Sequence record: NC_047995.1
Strand: one strand, 5' to 3'
DNA: 64,000 bases
The notes under the pieces are model-generated. The model was not told the DNA's origin and did no database searches. It worked only from the letters and a program-made list of their open reading frames with translations. This document shows positions 53,084 through 63,144 of this stretch, in pieces. How positions within the stretch are numbered: position 1 is the first letter of the stretch; every line of letters begins with the position of its first letter. Position numbers and translations under genes: made by a program.

Positions 53084-54040
53084 TTATACCTCGGTAGACA
53101 GACGAAGCTGGGCAACAGAAGCGAAATCACCAGGGCCGAGTGCTGTAGCCAACAACTCAATTGGTTTGCCGCTACCGATTGCGCCTACTTCACATGCGAA
53201 GTAAGTCGGTATGTAGTTGCCGTTAGCCAGAGCGCCGTAGTTGGTGTCCTGAATTACAACAAGAGCACTACGCATAGTTTTGTATGCAGCAGTACGACCA
53301 ACATCAGACGCAGTAACAGGCAGCACACGACGAGTGCCAGAAGTCTGGATGAAGCGATAGCGTTTGCCTGCAGGGATAGCAGTAGCAATCGCGTTACCTT
53401 CCTGATTTGCAGCCAGAGTCCATGCAACAGCAGTGCCTACTGTACCAGCACCGTCGATAGGGGCAATCGTACCAGCAGCGGCAGAAGTCATGTCACCCAC
53501 AGCAGACAGCACGGCGTTGATGGTAACATCGTAGTCGAACGTCAGGTCAGTGGTAGACAGGTGAATGCCTGGCATCAGGCTATCATGCGGAACACCTGCG
53601 TAATCCCATGCGCGATATCCAGCAGGACCAATGCCCCACAGTGCTTTGTTGCCCGCATCATTGCTGGTGGCGTATGCAGTGTTGATCTGAACAGATGCAG
53701 CACCGTTATAGCCTACAGGAGTTGCTTTCGAAGGGTAGTGGATAGTGGCGCCGTTCTTGATCTCGTACACATGACCAGAACGTGCCTTCCAACCTTCCTG
53801 TAGATCAGCGAGAGGCAACAGGCCTTCTGTAGTAGGATGCAGTACGATACGCGTCGCGGCCACAGCGTTGTTGGTTAGGTTGCGTAAGTCGAGCAGGTGC
53901 TGCGAGAAGTCACCCTGATCAGCGATTGCTGTATCAAAGAAGAAGCAGTTAGCAACGATGCCGGTAGCAGCACCCGACGCCCAACCACTTCCCAGATTCA
54001 GTACGCTGAAAGGGAGCAAGTTGTGTCCTAAGATACGCAT
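53084..54040 (-). CDS. probable virion structural protein (paralogue family)
   Basis: C-terminal CEVGAIGSGKPIELL. Confidence 0.75.
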   Translation of the reverse strand: MRILGHNLLPFSVLNLGSGWASGAATGIVANCFFFDTAIADQGDFSQHLLDLRNLTNNAVAATRIVLHPTTEGLLPLADLQEGWKARSGHVYEIKNGATIHYPSKATPVGYNGAASVQINTAYATSNDAGNKALWGIGPAGYRAWDYAGVPHDSLMPGIHLSTTDLTFDYDVTINAVLSAVGDMTSAAAGTIAPIDGAGTVGTAVAWTLAANQEGNAIATAIPAGKRYRFIQTSGTRRVLPVTASDVGRTAAYKTMRSALVVIQDTNYGALANGNYIPTYFACEVGAIGSGKPIELLATALGPGDFASVAQLRLSTEV

Positions 54041-54537
54041 TAGAACTCCTTAGAATCTTTGACGACGGTTGCTAAGAATTTACCGTTACGCAGGTTAGCT
54101 GAGGTCAGAATCAAATCTGCACCAGAGCCAGCGGCGCCGATAGTAAGAATCAGGAAGCCGCCGTATGGAGTGCTCGCAATATCTTTGTTGAAGACAATCA
54201 CGTTGTACGTGCTCAACAGAGTTGCGAGGTCACCTGCGAATGTTCCTTGCAGGGTAGCAGACAGACGGAAGCGATACTTATTGCCCTGGCCGTGAATCCA
54301 GCGCACAGGGTTAATGTTAGCGCTAGTCAGGTCGAGTACCGCAGTAGCTCCGATTGCTGTTTGCACTGTAGTACCGTCAGCAACAACGATGTTGGCTGGG
54401 TCAGGAACTTTGGCGAAGCAGATTGTTTTCTGCATGTTGGACAGGCCGTACTTCAACGGCGGATCAGATGCTGGGCGTTTGCCTGCTTCTGGAATCGTGA
54501 TGCCGTTGGCGACCAGAGGGAACGAAACTATTTCCAT
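54040..54537 (-). CDS. probable virion structural protein (short paralogue family)
   Basis: C-terminal LTIGAAGSGADLIL. Confidence 0.75.
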   Translation of the reverse strand: MEIVSFPLVANGITIPEAGKRPASDPPLKYGLSNMQKTICFAKVPDPANIVVADGTTVQTAIGATAVLDLTSANINPVRWIHGQGNKYRFRLSATLQGTFAGDLATLLSTYNVIVFNKDIASTPYGGFLILTIGAAGSGADLILTSANLRNGKFLATVVKDSKEF

Positions 54538-54552
54538 TGCTATATCTCCAGT

Positions 54553-54569
54553 TGACTCGCGTTAAATTA
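54553..54569 (-). promoter_or_regulatory. candidate promoter motif TAATTT-AACGC-GAGTCA
   Basis: Intergenic, upstream of the GGAG RBS and ATG 54537. Confidence 0.55.
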
Positions 54570-54593
54570 CTGAAAACTCATTTCACTTAGGAA

Positions 54594-55607
54594 TCACAGG
54601 TGGTACGTGTCCGCGATAACAGGGAGTGGAATGTCTTTTATGCTTAGACTAAACTGTTGGCCTACAACGCAGTCCGCGTCCTGCGTGATATCCGCCGTGC
54701 CATCACCAACGTCGAATACCTCACACATAAAACTAATGCCGTTGAACACAGGACATGCCGCTTTCGTTAAGCGGTAGTCAGGTGTATTGGCGACTGTACC
54801 AGAAATCTGACCGTACATGTGAGTAGAACATTTGAAGTTTGTCATCGGTCCATTGTACACGTAGTACCACACGTTGGGGAAGATAACTTGCGACCTAGAC
54901 ATGCGCGGCACTATGCCAAGTATCGCAGCATTACGCATCTGACCGGTATCGGACAGAAACGCATACGGAACGTTAGCAGTAAGCGGATTGGATTCCTCTT
55001 TGGCGCCTTTCGTATACGTGCCGTCCTGCTTCCACGACATTGTGCACCAGTTAGTCTTTGTCGTTACGTTTGAGGACGACGAGGACGTAGGCACACCCTG
55101 AGCTGGAACGAACGAGTAGTACGAGATGTTAGCGCCCATGAAGTCAGGATGGATGTAGGCATAGCGCGGCTTGAAATATTGATTGGTCTCGCTGTCTGAC
55201 ACCTCAGCGCGAATGTTACTGCCTTTACCTTCTGGATATTTTACGGTGCTCTCGTCACGTCCGTACACGGAACATTGTCGCACTGCCCGCCATGACATAT
55301 CCAACCCATCACCATTTAGCGTATCGTCGAACAACATGTTGTAGCCACTAGGTGGTGTTTGAAATTCTCGGAGCGCGCCGCTCAACGCTGGGTAGTATTT
55401 ATTGTCTTTGACACCAGATGCTTGCATACAGTTAACAGTCTGGCCGTCATTACTCCACGCACACGACTTTGCTTTCTGACATGCTCCAACCCAATCAAGG
55501 CCGCTCTTAATCTGCGACATATCAATCTGGTCGAACATGAATAACGACTTCCGTGCTATCGGAATATCGTTGCGCATCTTTATTGCACCCGTCGAAACAA
55601 AAAGCAT
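54594..55607 (-). CDS. virion protein, MLFVS paralogue 1
   Basis: MLFVS start, ARKSLFMF, TPDY motif. Confidence 0.75.
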   Translation of the reverse strand: MLFVSTGAIKMRNDIPIARKSLFMFDQIDMSQIKSGLDWVGACQKAKSCAWSNDGQTVNCMQASGVKDNKYYPALSGALREFQTPPSGYNMLFDDTLNGDGLDMSWRAVRQCSVYGRDESTVKYPEGKGSNIRAEVSDSETNQYFKPRYAYIHPDFMGANISYYSFVPAQGVPTSSSSSNVTTKTNWCTMSWKQDGTYTKGAKEESNPLTANVPYAFLSDTGQMRNAAILGIVPRMSRSQVIFPNVWYYVYNGPMTNFKCSTHMYGQISGTVANTPDYRLTKAACPVFNGISFMCEVFDVGDGTADITQDADCVVGQQFSLSIKDIPLPVIADTYHL

Positions 55608-55619
55608 AGAATTTCCTTA

Positions 55620-56675
55620 TTACATCAAATGTTTTCGCGTAATGATAGCTTCCTGCTGGTTGTTGCGTGAAAGAACAGGCTTAACGTTTGGACCAGCCAA
55701 TCCCGTTTGAACAAAATCTATGTCGGCACGAGAGACAACAACGTAAACAGGAGCACCGTAGGCAAACGCGATAGACATAGCACCCCAAGCGATGGGATAG
55801 TCTGGCGTATCGGCGTGAGTGCCTTTTCCGTAATAGAATAGAGTTGAAGCGTAAGCACTGCCGTAAGAGCCATACGAGTAAGAGGTTGAGTACGACCAAC
55901 CGCCTCCTGAGAAATACGTTGTCCCATATACAGCAGTGCGGAACGTTTGGAAGATGCGTGGCGCTTCCTTGAACGAATATGCCGTGTGCGTGTACTCTGC
56001 GCCTGCTCCTGTGTAAGGAACACCTGCGTTGTACGCGGATATCGTTGCCGTGTCTGTTTTGTAGTCGAGCGAGGTCAGACCAAGTGTCTGCAACGTCGAT
56101 GAAGTCTCGCGTGTCCAGCGACCGATACCACTACCTCCACCACCGTATATCGTTCCGCCCTCGGATAAATTTGGGTTGAATGCACTGTCGGACACAGAGT
56201 ACATGCCCAGCGAATAGCTCGAACCATCAAATGGAGGCAGAACCATATCGAGTAGAGGAGGTACAGTCGGCGTAGGGTTGCCGTTGGTGACAGTGTTGAG
56301 CAAACTACCAACAGAACCTATAGCACCATAGCTGTCATCATCTTTTCCTATCGCATAGTAGCGACAGAAGTGATTGAATGCAGTCACATTGCGAGAGGAC
56401 GCGTTGTAATCAAAACTACCATCACGCCTGACGTTTGGCACATAGTTATAGAACAGCTTGTTGGCCGACCAGCCCGCTCCTCTTGTGCATTGCATCTTAC
56501 CGTCCGCATCTATGCGGTAGCAGAACGAACGCGACTTGTTGGTCTTCTCCCACATATCCTGAAAGGAAGACAGGTTGGTAGGTATAGGCACATCGTCAGA
56601 GAACAAGAACATGCGCTGTCTGGCTAACGCTATCTTCTTCTCCAACAACTGCGCTCCGTTCGATACAAAAAGCAT
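55620..56675 (-). CDS. virion protein, MLFVS paralogue 2
   Basis: MLFVS ... ARQRMFLFSD ... LFYNYVP ... DTPDYPIAWGAM ... QTGLAGPNVKPV. Confidence 0.8.
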   Translation of the reverse strand: MLFVSNGAQLLEKKIALARQRMFLFSDDVPIPTNLSSFQDMWEKTNKSRSFCYRIDADGKMQCTRGAGWSANKLFYNYVPNVRRDGSFDYNASSRNVTAFNHFCRYYAIGKDDDSYGAIGSVGSLLNTVTNGNPTPTVPPLLDMVLPPFDGSSYSLGMYSVSDSAFNPNLSEGGTIYGGGGSGIGRWTRETSSTLQTLGLTSLDYKTDTATISAYNAGVPYTGAGAEYTHTAYSFKEAPRIFQTFRTAVYGTTYFSGGGWSYSTSYSYGSYGSAYASTLFYYGKGTHADTPDYPIAWGAMSIAFAYGAPVYVVVSRADIDFVQTGLAGPNVKPVLSRNNQQEAIITRKHLM

Positions 56676-56690
56676 ATCAACTCCTTAGAC

Positions 56691-57734
56691 TTACATTAGA
56701 ACTTTCTTGGTCATCGCCAGTTCCGGCAATTGCTTCATACTCATAACAGGCTTAACTCCAGGTCGGGCCAATCCTGTCTGCTCAAAATCGTCATCAGCCT
56801 GAACGATCAGAGCGTACATCGGCACGTTTGGTTCTTGACCTACCATAGGCATCATTCCCCACGTAAGCGCATAGTCAGGTGTGTCTTCTTTCGAGCCTGT
56901 TCCGTAGATTAGGTTCGTGTCAGTTACAGCAGCACTGCGCAACGGTCCATTGCTGTACGTCGTACTTGAGCCTGTTACTGTCTCACTGTACGGACTTCTT
57001 GTCACTGTGTAGTTCTGCGTGGACATTGACAGAGTGCGAGGACCAACAGTCGCATTGTCTGTCCCGTAAGAAGAACTCGACTGAGCCAACACCGTTCGCT
57101 TGAGCGTCGCACGGTCAGCAGTAGGATTCAACTCCGTGACTTGGAGATGCGTGGCTATCGTCGTGATGGTTTCTTCATGTCTGCCTGTAACGATGCCCAA
57201 GCTGGTGGTTGTATTCCACGAACGCGAGCTACTGAGAGACACGGAGAGTTGGGTGCTTAATCCAGTAGAGATAGAGGTCAGCGGTGTACCGTCACATGGA
57301 GGCAGTATCATCACACCATCGAGAGGACTCGTAGGCGCCTTGTCATTGACGACAGTAATCAGACTGGCAGGTGTTGTAGTCCACGTACCTGCGCCTGCTC
57401 GGCCTATGCTGTAGTATTTGGCGAACACGTCAAAGATTGTCTGCTGGACAGTTGTCGCAGTAGTTTCAATGGCTGTGCTTGGTACGACTAATGCGGGCAC
57501 GTAGTTGTAATAGAGCGATCTACCACGCCAGCCAGCAGATCGTACACATGACATGGATAGGTCCGTGTTGACCTTAGCGCAGAATCCACGAGAAGCATTA
57601 ATCTTGGTCAGGACTTCAAACATCGGCGTCGTATCGAGCGGCGGTTCGACGTTATCGGAGAACAAGAACATTCTCTGACTGGCCACTTCCATCTTCTTCT
57701 TTATAGCAGCAGGTGCAGCCGACACGAATAGCAT
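56691..57734 (-). CDS. virion protein, MLFVS paralogue 3
   Basis: MLFVS ... ASQRMFLFSD ... LYYNYVP ... DTPDYALTWGMM ... QTGLARPGVKPV. Confidence 0.8.
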   Translation of the reverse strand: MLFVSAAPAAIKKKMEVASQRMFLFSDNVEPPLDTTPMFEVLTKINASRGFCAKVNTDLSMSCVRSAGWRGRSLYYNYVPALVVPSTAIETTATTVQQTIFDVFAKYYSIGRAGAGTWTTTPASLITVVNDKAPTSPLDGVMILPPCDGTPLTSISTGLSTQLSVSLSSSRSWNTTTSLGIVTGRHEETITTIATHLQVTELNPTADRATLKRTVLAQSSSSYGTDNATVGPRTLSMSTQNYTVTRSPYSETVTGSSTTYSNGPLRSAAVTDTNLIYGTGSKEDTPDYALTWGMMPMVGQEPNVPMYALIVQADDDFEQTGLARPGVKPVMSMKQLPELAMTKKVLM

Positions 57735-57765
57735 CTAAACTCCTTGAAAATCTCTGATACAAGGT

Positions 57766-57796
57766 AAAACGGCCCGTACCATTACGATACAGGCCA
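57766..57796 (-). terminator. probable intrinsic terminator
   Basis: Minus strand GGCCTGTATC-GTAAT-GGTACGGGCC-GTTTT. Confidence 0.6.
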
Positions 57797-57802
57797 TGCG
57801 GG

Positions 57803-58384
57803 TTACACTAAGAGGCGTCCAGCGATAGTAATAGCAACGCCATTCAGTGTTGTATCAGCAGTGTCAGGTGCGATGATACGCAACTGGTCACCAGACACAA
57901 GAATGATCTCTTGATCTTGATACGCAACCAAAGGTGCAAACACACCAACCTTCGAACCAGCACCGAACGATACAGTACCAAGCTGAATGACAGCGGAAGT
58001 TGCAGAGTCATACGCGCTGATCTTGAAAACAGCAGCGGCAGTCGCAGCAACGTCAGCCGCAGCCATAGAGCCTGCGAAGTTTTTGGCGATTGCAGTTGTA
58101 CGCACAGACAGGTAACGCGCAATCTCCTGACCACCAGCATAACGCTTGAGAACAGACAGACCTACGTCATATGGATTTACAGACTGGAGTTGATTAACCC
58201 ACTTGTTACGCACCTGACTGAACACATACAGACCAGGTTGGTTCTGACCAGATACAGCAGTCAGGTACCAGACGCGTCCATTAACAGGTGACGCTGGGAA
58301 GGTTGGGCCAGAGGAGTTCGGGTCGCCCGGAGCACGAACGATTTGAGCCTGTTCACCCGCGAGCTGTAGACCATAAGTTAACAT
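57803..58384 (-). CDS. probable virion/fibre protein
   Basis: GPTFPASPVNGRVWYLT fibre-type segment; GGAG RBS. Confidence 0.75.
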   Translation of the reverse strand: MLTYGLQLAGEQAQIVRAPGDPNSSGPTFPASPVNGRVWYLTAVSGQNQPGLYVFSQVRNKWVNQLQSVNPYDVGLSVLKRYAGGQEIARYLSVRTTAIAKNFAGSMAAADVAATAAAVFKISAYDSATSAVIQLGTVSFGAGSKVGVFAPLVAYQDQEIILVSGDQLRIIAPDTADTTLNGVAITIAGRLLV

Positions 58385-58395
58385 TGTTTATCTCC

Positions 58396-58617
58396 TTAGG
58401 CGATTCGCACTTCGCCCGTAACAGGGTACGGGAAAGTCACTTTGATGGTATTGTTATCCACAATGATAACGTCCAGAGGCAACACTTGATGGAGTTTACC
58501 ATCAGGCTGCATCGTACACGTAGTCACTGCAACCATACGACCGAAGTTGTGCGTAATCACCCATTCAGCAGCGGGCGTTTCTTGTTTGTAAGAACGCCCC
58601 ATCGAATAGTTGAGCAT
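58396..58617 (-). CDS. small virion protein made of one W.ITHN.G module
   Basis: EWVITHNFGR ... LPLDVIIVDNNTIKVTFPYPVTG. Confidence 0.75.
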   Translation of the reverse strand: MLNYSMGRSYKQETPAAEWVITHNFGRMVAVTTCTMQPDGKLHQVLPLDVIIVDNNTIKVTFPYPVTGEVRIA

Positions 58618-58630
58618 AAGTTCCTCGTTA

Positions 58631-59563
58631 TTAAAGATTGTAGATTGCCGCAGGCCGGCGGATCAGCGGGAGAGCGTCTGCGAATGTTCCCTGGTAAACA
58701 TCTCCAGGAATCATATCAGCAGGTACTGTGAAGTCACTCGCGTCCAACCGATACATCAGAAGGTCATTCGTCCCGGTGGAGACAACGACAGCAGCCCACG
58801 CGAGGTTCACTGATTCGTCAGTTGATGCAGCAACAGGCAGACTTGCAGTACGTTTGTCAACAGGACCACTTGTGACCGTTGGAAAGCTCGTTGTCCTAGT
58901 TGCATTATTGAACGTAATGCCTCGCAGAGTTTTCGTATTAACGGTCAGACCTGCGTTAATGCTGTAGTACAGGTACTGGCCCCTATAGTTCTCGTAGGTC
59001 TGCCCGAAAGCCGCAGACTGAGAGTTTGACGCATCAAAGTGAGAGACAGCGGTCACAGCCATAGTGGTGTACGTCGGATAGGAGCTTGCATAGAAGTATG
59101 AGGTGATACCCACTTGAGGTATCGAGATACGCACACTCACATCCAATGCTCGCACCACATCAGGCACAAGGTAGATTGCGCTCGGTGAATTTGTACCAAA
59201 CGTAACGCCATAGCCGCCAGCCCAAGAAGGTCCAATGTCACTCAAGAATGCCGTATGACCTCTACGAGAGTATTCCTTAGTGCCACCCTCCATGGGGATA
59301 GCGGAGAGTGAGAACTGATCGTCTGAGCTGAAATCCACATCGCTCGACATGTACGACAATTTCGTGAGGAAGTACGTGCTGCCCAATCTACCTCTGATTG
59401 GATTCAGCCGGAACGTCCTGCCCGTCATATCGTACACTGTAGCGCGAGCCTCACCCTGCTTCGCCCTCCAATCCGCAAGAGACTTAATGTCCTTTGAGGT
59501 TGTTTCATCGAAAAACGATGCGTATCGCAGAACACTATCTGTAGAAAGAAGTGCCATCTGCAT
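58631..59563 (-). CDS. probable virion structural protein
   Basis: ATG 59563 after GGAGG; C-terminal VNLAWAAV echoes the WGAM/WGMM motif of the MLFVS family. Confidence 0.7.
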   Translation of the reverse strand: MQMALLSTDSVLRYASFFDETTSKDIKSLADWRAKQGEARATVYDMTGRTFRLNPIRGRLGSTYFLTKLSYMSSDVDFSSDDQFSLSAIPMEGGTKEYSRRGHTAFLSDIGPSWAGGYGVTFGTNSPSAIYLVPDVVRALDVSVRISIPQVGITSYFYASSYPTYTTMAVTAVSHFDASNSQSAAFGQTYENYRGQYLYYSINAGLTVNTKTLRGITFNNATRTTSFPTVTSGPVDKRTASLPVAASTDESVNLAWAAVVVSTGTNDLLMYRLDASDFTVPADMIPGDVYQGTFADALPLIRRPAAIYNL

Positions 59564-59576
59564 ACAGACCTCCAAA

Positions 59577-60173
59577 TCAATACAGAATCACGGTGCCTGT
59601 TTGTGCAGCGTCGAACGTGATTGTAAGCTGGCTGGTGCTATCATGTACGATAGACTTCGGCTGCACTTCCTTCGTACCCTGCATGATACGCACTGCTGGG
59701 TTGTAGCCCAGGTTGTGAGTAACGACCCACACAGCTTCGTCAGTGAAGGAGGCAGTGAATGCTACGGTAGGAGTAGGCAGACCGCTTTCGATACCAGACA
59801 GCAGCACGGCGGTACCTGCGACAGGTTCAGGGAACAGCACAACAGTTGTGTTGGCGTCCTGCGAGTGGATTGAGGAAGGCATAACAACATCACCGTTCTC
59901 GTCGTAGCACTGAACGACAGGCGTACCCGTGTTCATGTTGTGCGCGATTTCCCAACGGCTAGATGCAGACGGTTGCGAGTAGCGGAACATCGTCATCTGT
60001 TGTGTCAGCGGTACCCAGATAGGCAGGTCAGCAAGTTCCACACAGAACATCAGACGCTTGTCCATGAAGATAGCCATACCAGGCTGCGGGTTAGTCGGCC
60101 AGTCTTGCACTTCATCAAATTTGAAGTTCTTGATCGAGCCAAACTCTAAGTCTAAAGTCCCAACGACTTTCAT
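59577..60173 (-). CDS. virion protein with two HN.G modules
   Basis: WEIAHNMNTG and WVVTHNLGY modules; N-terminal GTLDLEFGSIKNF shared with 60247..61869. Confidence 0.8.
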   Translation of the reverse strand: MKVVGTLDLEFGSIKNFKFDEVQDWPTNPQPGMAIFMDKRLMFCVELADLPIWVPLTQQMTMFRYSQPSASSRWEIAHNMNTGTPVVQCYDENGDVVMPSSIHSQDANTTVVLFPEPVAGTAVLLSGIESGLPTPTVAFTASFTDEAVWVVTHNLGYNPAVRIMQGTKEVQPKSIVHDSTSQLTITFDAAQTGTVILY

Positions 60174-60192
60174 AAATCATCTCCTGAAAGGT

Positions 60193-60221
60193 AAAAAGGG
60201 CAGGCAGAAGCCCACCCCTTT
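60193..60221 (-). terminator. probable intrinsic terminator
   Basis: Minus strand AAAGGGGTGGGCTTCTGCCTGCCCTTTTT. Confidence 0.65.
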
Positions 60222-60246
60222 ATTATGTTACGGCTGTCGTTGTTGC

Positions 60247-61869
60247 TTACGCTTCTGGCTCAACGTAAGAGTTGGTACCAGTTACGAATGCAATCGCAAC
60301 TTTCTTCGCGGTGGTCAGCTCAACACGCAGGCTGTTCGCGTCGATGAACACAACTTCATCAGGGATGATCTGGTAGCCAGTGTCATCAACAACGGTAACA
60401 ACACCGAACTTGTGGCCAGCGTTGTGGGTGAAGGTGTGTGCAGTGTTAGCCACGTCACCGCTCGCAGTCTTATCGTACTGATAGACTTTACCAGCAGAAC
60501 CGCCAGAGCCAGCAGCGATAGCGTCGTCAACATATTTCTTGCTAACGACAGACGCATCAACCAGAGGGTCGGTACCGGTCAGGGTCAGCGCTTCGACTGC
60601 ACCGCCTTCGGCGTCGATGAAGCCACCAGCAGTTTTAACCGCAGCAACGTCAACGATGATTTTGCTGTTGTCTACGTCCTGTTTCAGGCCGGTGCCCAGA
60701 ACAGCAGCAGCAATCTGCTCGTAACCAACACCGCCGTCGGTGATTGCGATACCGTCTACAGAGCGAGACAGGGTAGCGCCGTCCAGTTTAACACGGGTAG
60801 AACCAGCGTTATCTTCCAGACCGCCGTTAGCGTCCAGTTTAGCAGTCACTGCGTTAGAAGTGATCTGAATACCAGCGCCAACTTTAACGTTGACAACGTT
60901 ACCAGCTTTTTCCAGACCGTCACCAGCGTTGAACTCAGATGCACCACCGAAGGTAGTCCAAACAGTGCCGTCAAAACGACGATACTCTTTGATATCTTTA
61001 ATCCAGGTAACAGCGCCGCCAGCTTCGCTATCAGTCGGGTCAAACACGATAACGAATGCAGTGCCGTTGTAGGACACGATCATGTTATCGGTCAGGCCGG
61101 TGATGGAGCCGAAGTTCGGGTTGATGGTGTCAGCATCAAGAATCAGATACTGCTTACCGTTTTCCAGAACTGGTTCCAGAGTACCGTCGGTCTGAATACC
61201 GTCGGAGTCTTTCAGCCAGTCGATACCAGCGATTGCGTTGTCGATATCGATCTTACGAGCGGCATCGTTCGGGTTTGCTGGAGCAGCCAGGTTAGCAACG
61301 GTGTTACCGTTAGCATCGAGGTCGCCAGTCAGTTGACCGTTAGCAGCATTCAGCTTGCCTTCCAGTGCAGTTTCGTTCGCGTTAGCTTTGTTGCTAACAG
61401 CGGTGATCTGAGACTGGATGTTAGAGCTTGCGCCGGACAGATAGCCCAGCTCGGCAGCAGTGACGCTAGAGCTTTGCAGTTCTGAATCAGCACCTGCGAT
61501 AACAACTGCGTTCTCGGTCAGGCCGTCGATTTTGTCTTGCTTGGTAGCAACAACGGTTTCAACGTGTTTCTTAGAAACAGCCGCGTTGTCAGCAGAAGCA
61601 GACTGGTCAGGACCAGACAGTTCGAGATCAGCAGTCATTGCCACAGAGCCGTCAGCCAGGATAACGCCTTCTACTGAACCGCCGCTGCCGCCCAGCTCTT
61701 TGATCACAGTGCCGTTGAAGTATTTGTACTTGTCTTCGGTGCTGTTGTACCAGATACGTGCTGTCTGGGTAGCAACCAGATCACCAACTACAGGGTCAGC
61801 AGCCAGAACCTCAGGACGGAAGTTCTTAATCTGGGCGCCGAGCATTAAATCAAGATTACCAGTACGCAT
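60247..61869 (-). CDS. tail-fibre/whisker-like protein
   Basis: 540 aa; VSKKHVET/VSKKYVDD and DAARKIDID fibre repeats, coiled-coil, AGDGL..GN repeat, C-terminal FTHNAG module. Confidence 0.8.
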   Translation of the reverse strand: MRTGNLDLMLGAQIKNFRPEVLAADPVVGDLVATQTARIWYNSTEDKYKYFNGTVIKELGGSGGSVEGVILADGSVAMTADLELSGPDQSASADNAAVSKKHVETVVATKQDKIDGLTENAVVIAGADSELQSSSVTAAELGYLSGASSNIQSQITAVSNKANANETALEGKLNAANGQLTGDLDANGNTVANLAAPANPNDAARKIDIDNAIAGIDWLKDSDGIQTDGTLEPVLENGKQYLILDADTINPNFGSITGLTDNMIVSYNGTAFVIVFDPTDSEAGGAVTWIKDIKEYRRFDGTVWTTFGGASEFNAGDGLEKAGNVVNVKVGAGIQITSNAVTAKLDANGGLEDNAGSTRVKLDGATLSRSVDGIAITDGGVGYEQIAAAVLGTGLKQDVDNSKIIVDVAAVKTAGGFIDAEGGAVEALTLTGTDPLVDASVVSKKYVDDAIAAGSGGSAGKVYQYDKTASGDVANTAHTFTHNAGHKFGVVTVVDDTGYQIIPDEVVFIDANSLRVELTTAKKVAIAFVTGTNSYVEPEA

Positions 61870-61892
61870 TATAAATCTCCTGTTGCGTGGGA

Positions 61893-62636
61893 TTAGAAGT
61901 ACAGACTATCACAGTCATCAAGGCTGCAACGCAGTGCTTGGTAGGCCGAGACACGTTCTTCCGTTAGATTGATATACTTATCGTCAATATTGTACTTCAC
62001 TCGCATAGGCACTTCGTACCCATCAAGTAAGCCATGTCGCTTATATGCGTTCAGGCGTAGCACAGGTGAACTGACCCGACCAAGTTCCATGATGTTCAGG
62101 TCAATCTTGTCAGCGTATATGAAAGGCCGCTCCCGCTTACACAAGATGTAATCTATCTCATGCAAATTAAAGAGTGTGAAATTCATATAGCCAATAATGA
62201 ACTCCGCAATCAGCCTGAACGATTCGAACATGTCAGGCCTAAATTGTTGTGTGAGAATCTGATCAACGTAGGGTCTGATCTCGGTACGCATCTCGTACCA
62301 ACTCTCACAGAACAATGCAGGGAAGTCTTCAGGGTGATGGGCCATAAGGCCCAACACTTCTTTCTCTGTATCTGCGAAAGAGTATAGGATGTCGGTAACG
62401 TCATCGGACGCCTCGACACCTCTACCCGTGGAAATGAAACGTCGCTCAATGTCTCGTAACCACGACTCTGATGCAGATAGGTATTGAAGCAGTGTTTCTC
62501 TAGCGGCTGCCGAGAACTCATGCCTGTTTGAGTCAAGAACCTCACCAAGCATGAAGGCTTTCGCTTTGTAGAAATCACTATAGCGTTCGGCGGTGAATCG
62601 TCGGAACCCTATGTTATTCCTCAAATAGCCCATCAT
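61893..62636 (-). CDS. hypothetical protein
   Basis: 247 aa, ATGA overlap. Confidence 0.7.
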   Translation of the reverse strand: MMGYLRNNIGFRRFTAERYSDFYKAKAFMLGEVLDSNRHEFSAAARETLLQYLSASESWLRDIERRFISTGRGVEASDDVTDILYSFADTEKEVLGLMAHHPEDFPALFCESWYEMRTEIRPYVDQILTQQFRPDMFESFRLIAEFIIGYMNFTLFNLHEIDYILCKRERPFIYADKIDLNIMELGRVSSPVLRLNAYKRHGLLDGYEVPMRVKYNIDDKYINLTEERVSAYQALRCSLDDCDSLYF

Positions 62637-63139
62637 CGCAATGCCCTCAGATCATTCAACTCCGTGTTGCCTTGAGCGTTAGGAGTTGTATATAGAGAAC
62701 TGGAGATACTCTGCAACCGAAGCCCGAGCTTCTCAAGTTCTTGCTGGTTGCCGCCTAACTTATCAAGGACCTCGCGCATGAGATCGACAGACCCTTGATG
62801 GTCACGGGATTGCTGAGAGATGATTCGTTCGAAACGCTGCATCGCGCGGAGAACAGAGTTCAATCCCTCTTTCATGTCCAAATTATCGACTGGCGCGGAA
62901 TCAGAGATTGACTGAATCATCCTCATCATCTGCGTCAAGTCGGCCTGTAGCTCGTCGTTGTCTGGATTGCTAATGATGCCGCTCTCCAGCTCTGCGTTAC
63001 GTGCTTTAACTTGCTCCAGTTCTTCCAGCTGAGGCAGTAGTTTCCACCAAACGTAGGCACCGCCCACGATCAGTAAGACAACCGAACCGACAGTCGCGTA
63101 GTTGGACGCAAGCAACTTGTCTAAAATTTCCGCCCACAT
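62633..63139 (-). CDS. membrane-anchored coiled-coil protein
   Basis: N-terminal TM (VGSVVLLIVGGAYVWW), heptad-rich remainder. Confidence 0.7.
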   Translation of the reverse strand: MWAEILDKLLASNYATVGSVVLLIVGGAYVWWKLLPQLEELEQVKARNAELESGIISNPDNDELQADLTQMMRMIQSISDSAPVDNLDMKEGLNSVLRAMQRFERIISQQSRDHQGSVDLMREVLDKLGGNQQELEKLGLRLQSISSSLYTTPNAQGNTELNDLRALR

Positions 63140-63144
63140 TATAT

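Noticed and set aside
45265-57734. Diversity-generating retroelement or invertible tail-fibre cassette
   Set aside because: No reverse transcriptase, recombinase, near-identical template/variable repeats or inverted repeats seen; all genes are co-oriented and diverged
60058-61485. 475-aa plus-strand ORF
   Set aside because: Antisense shadow of the strongly codon-biased fibre gene 60247..61869
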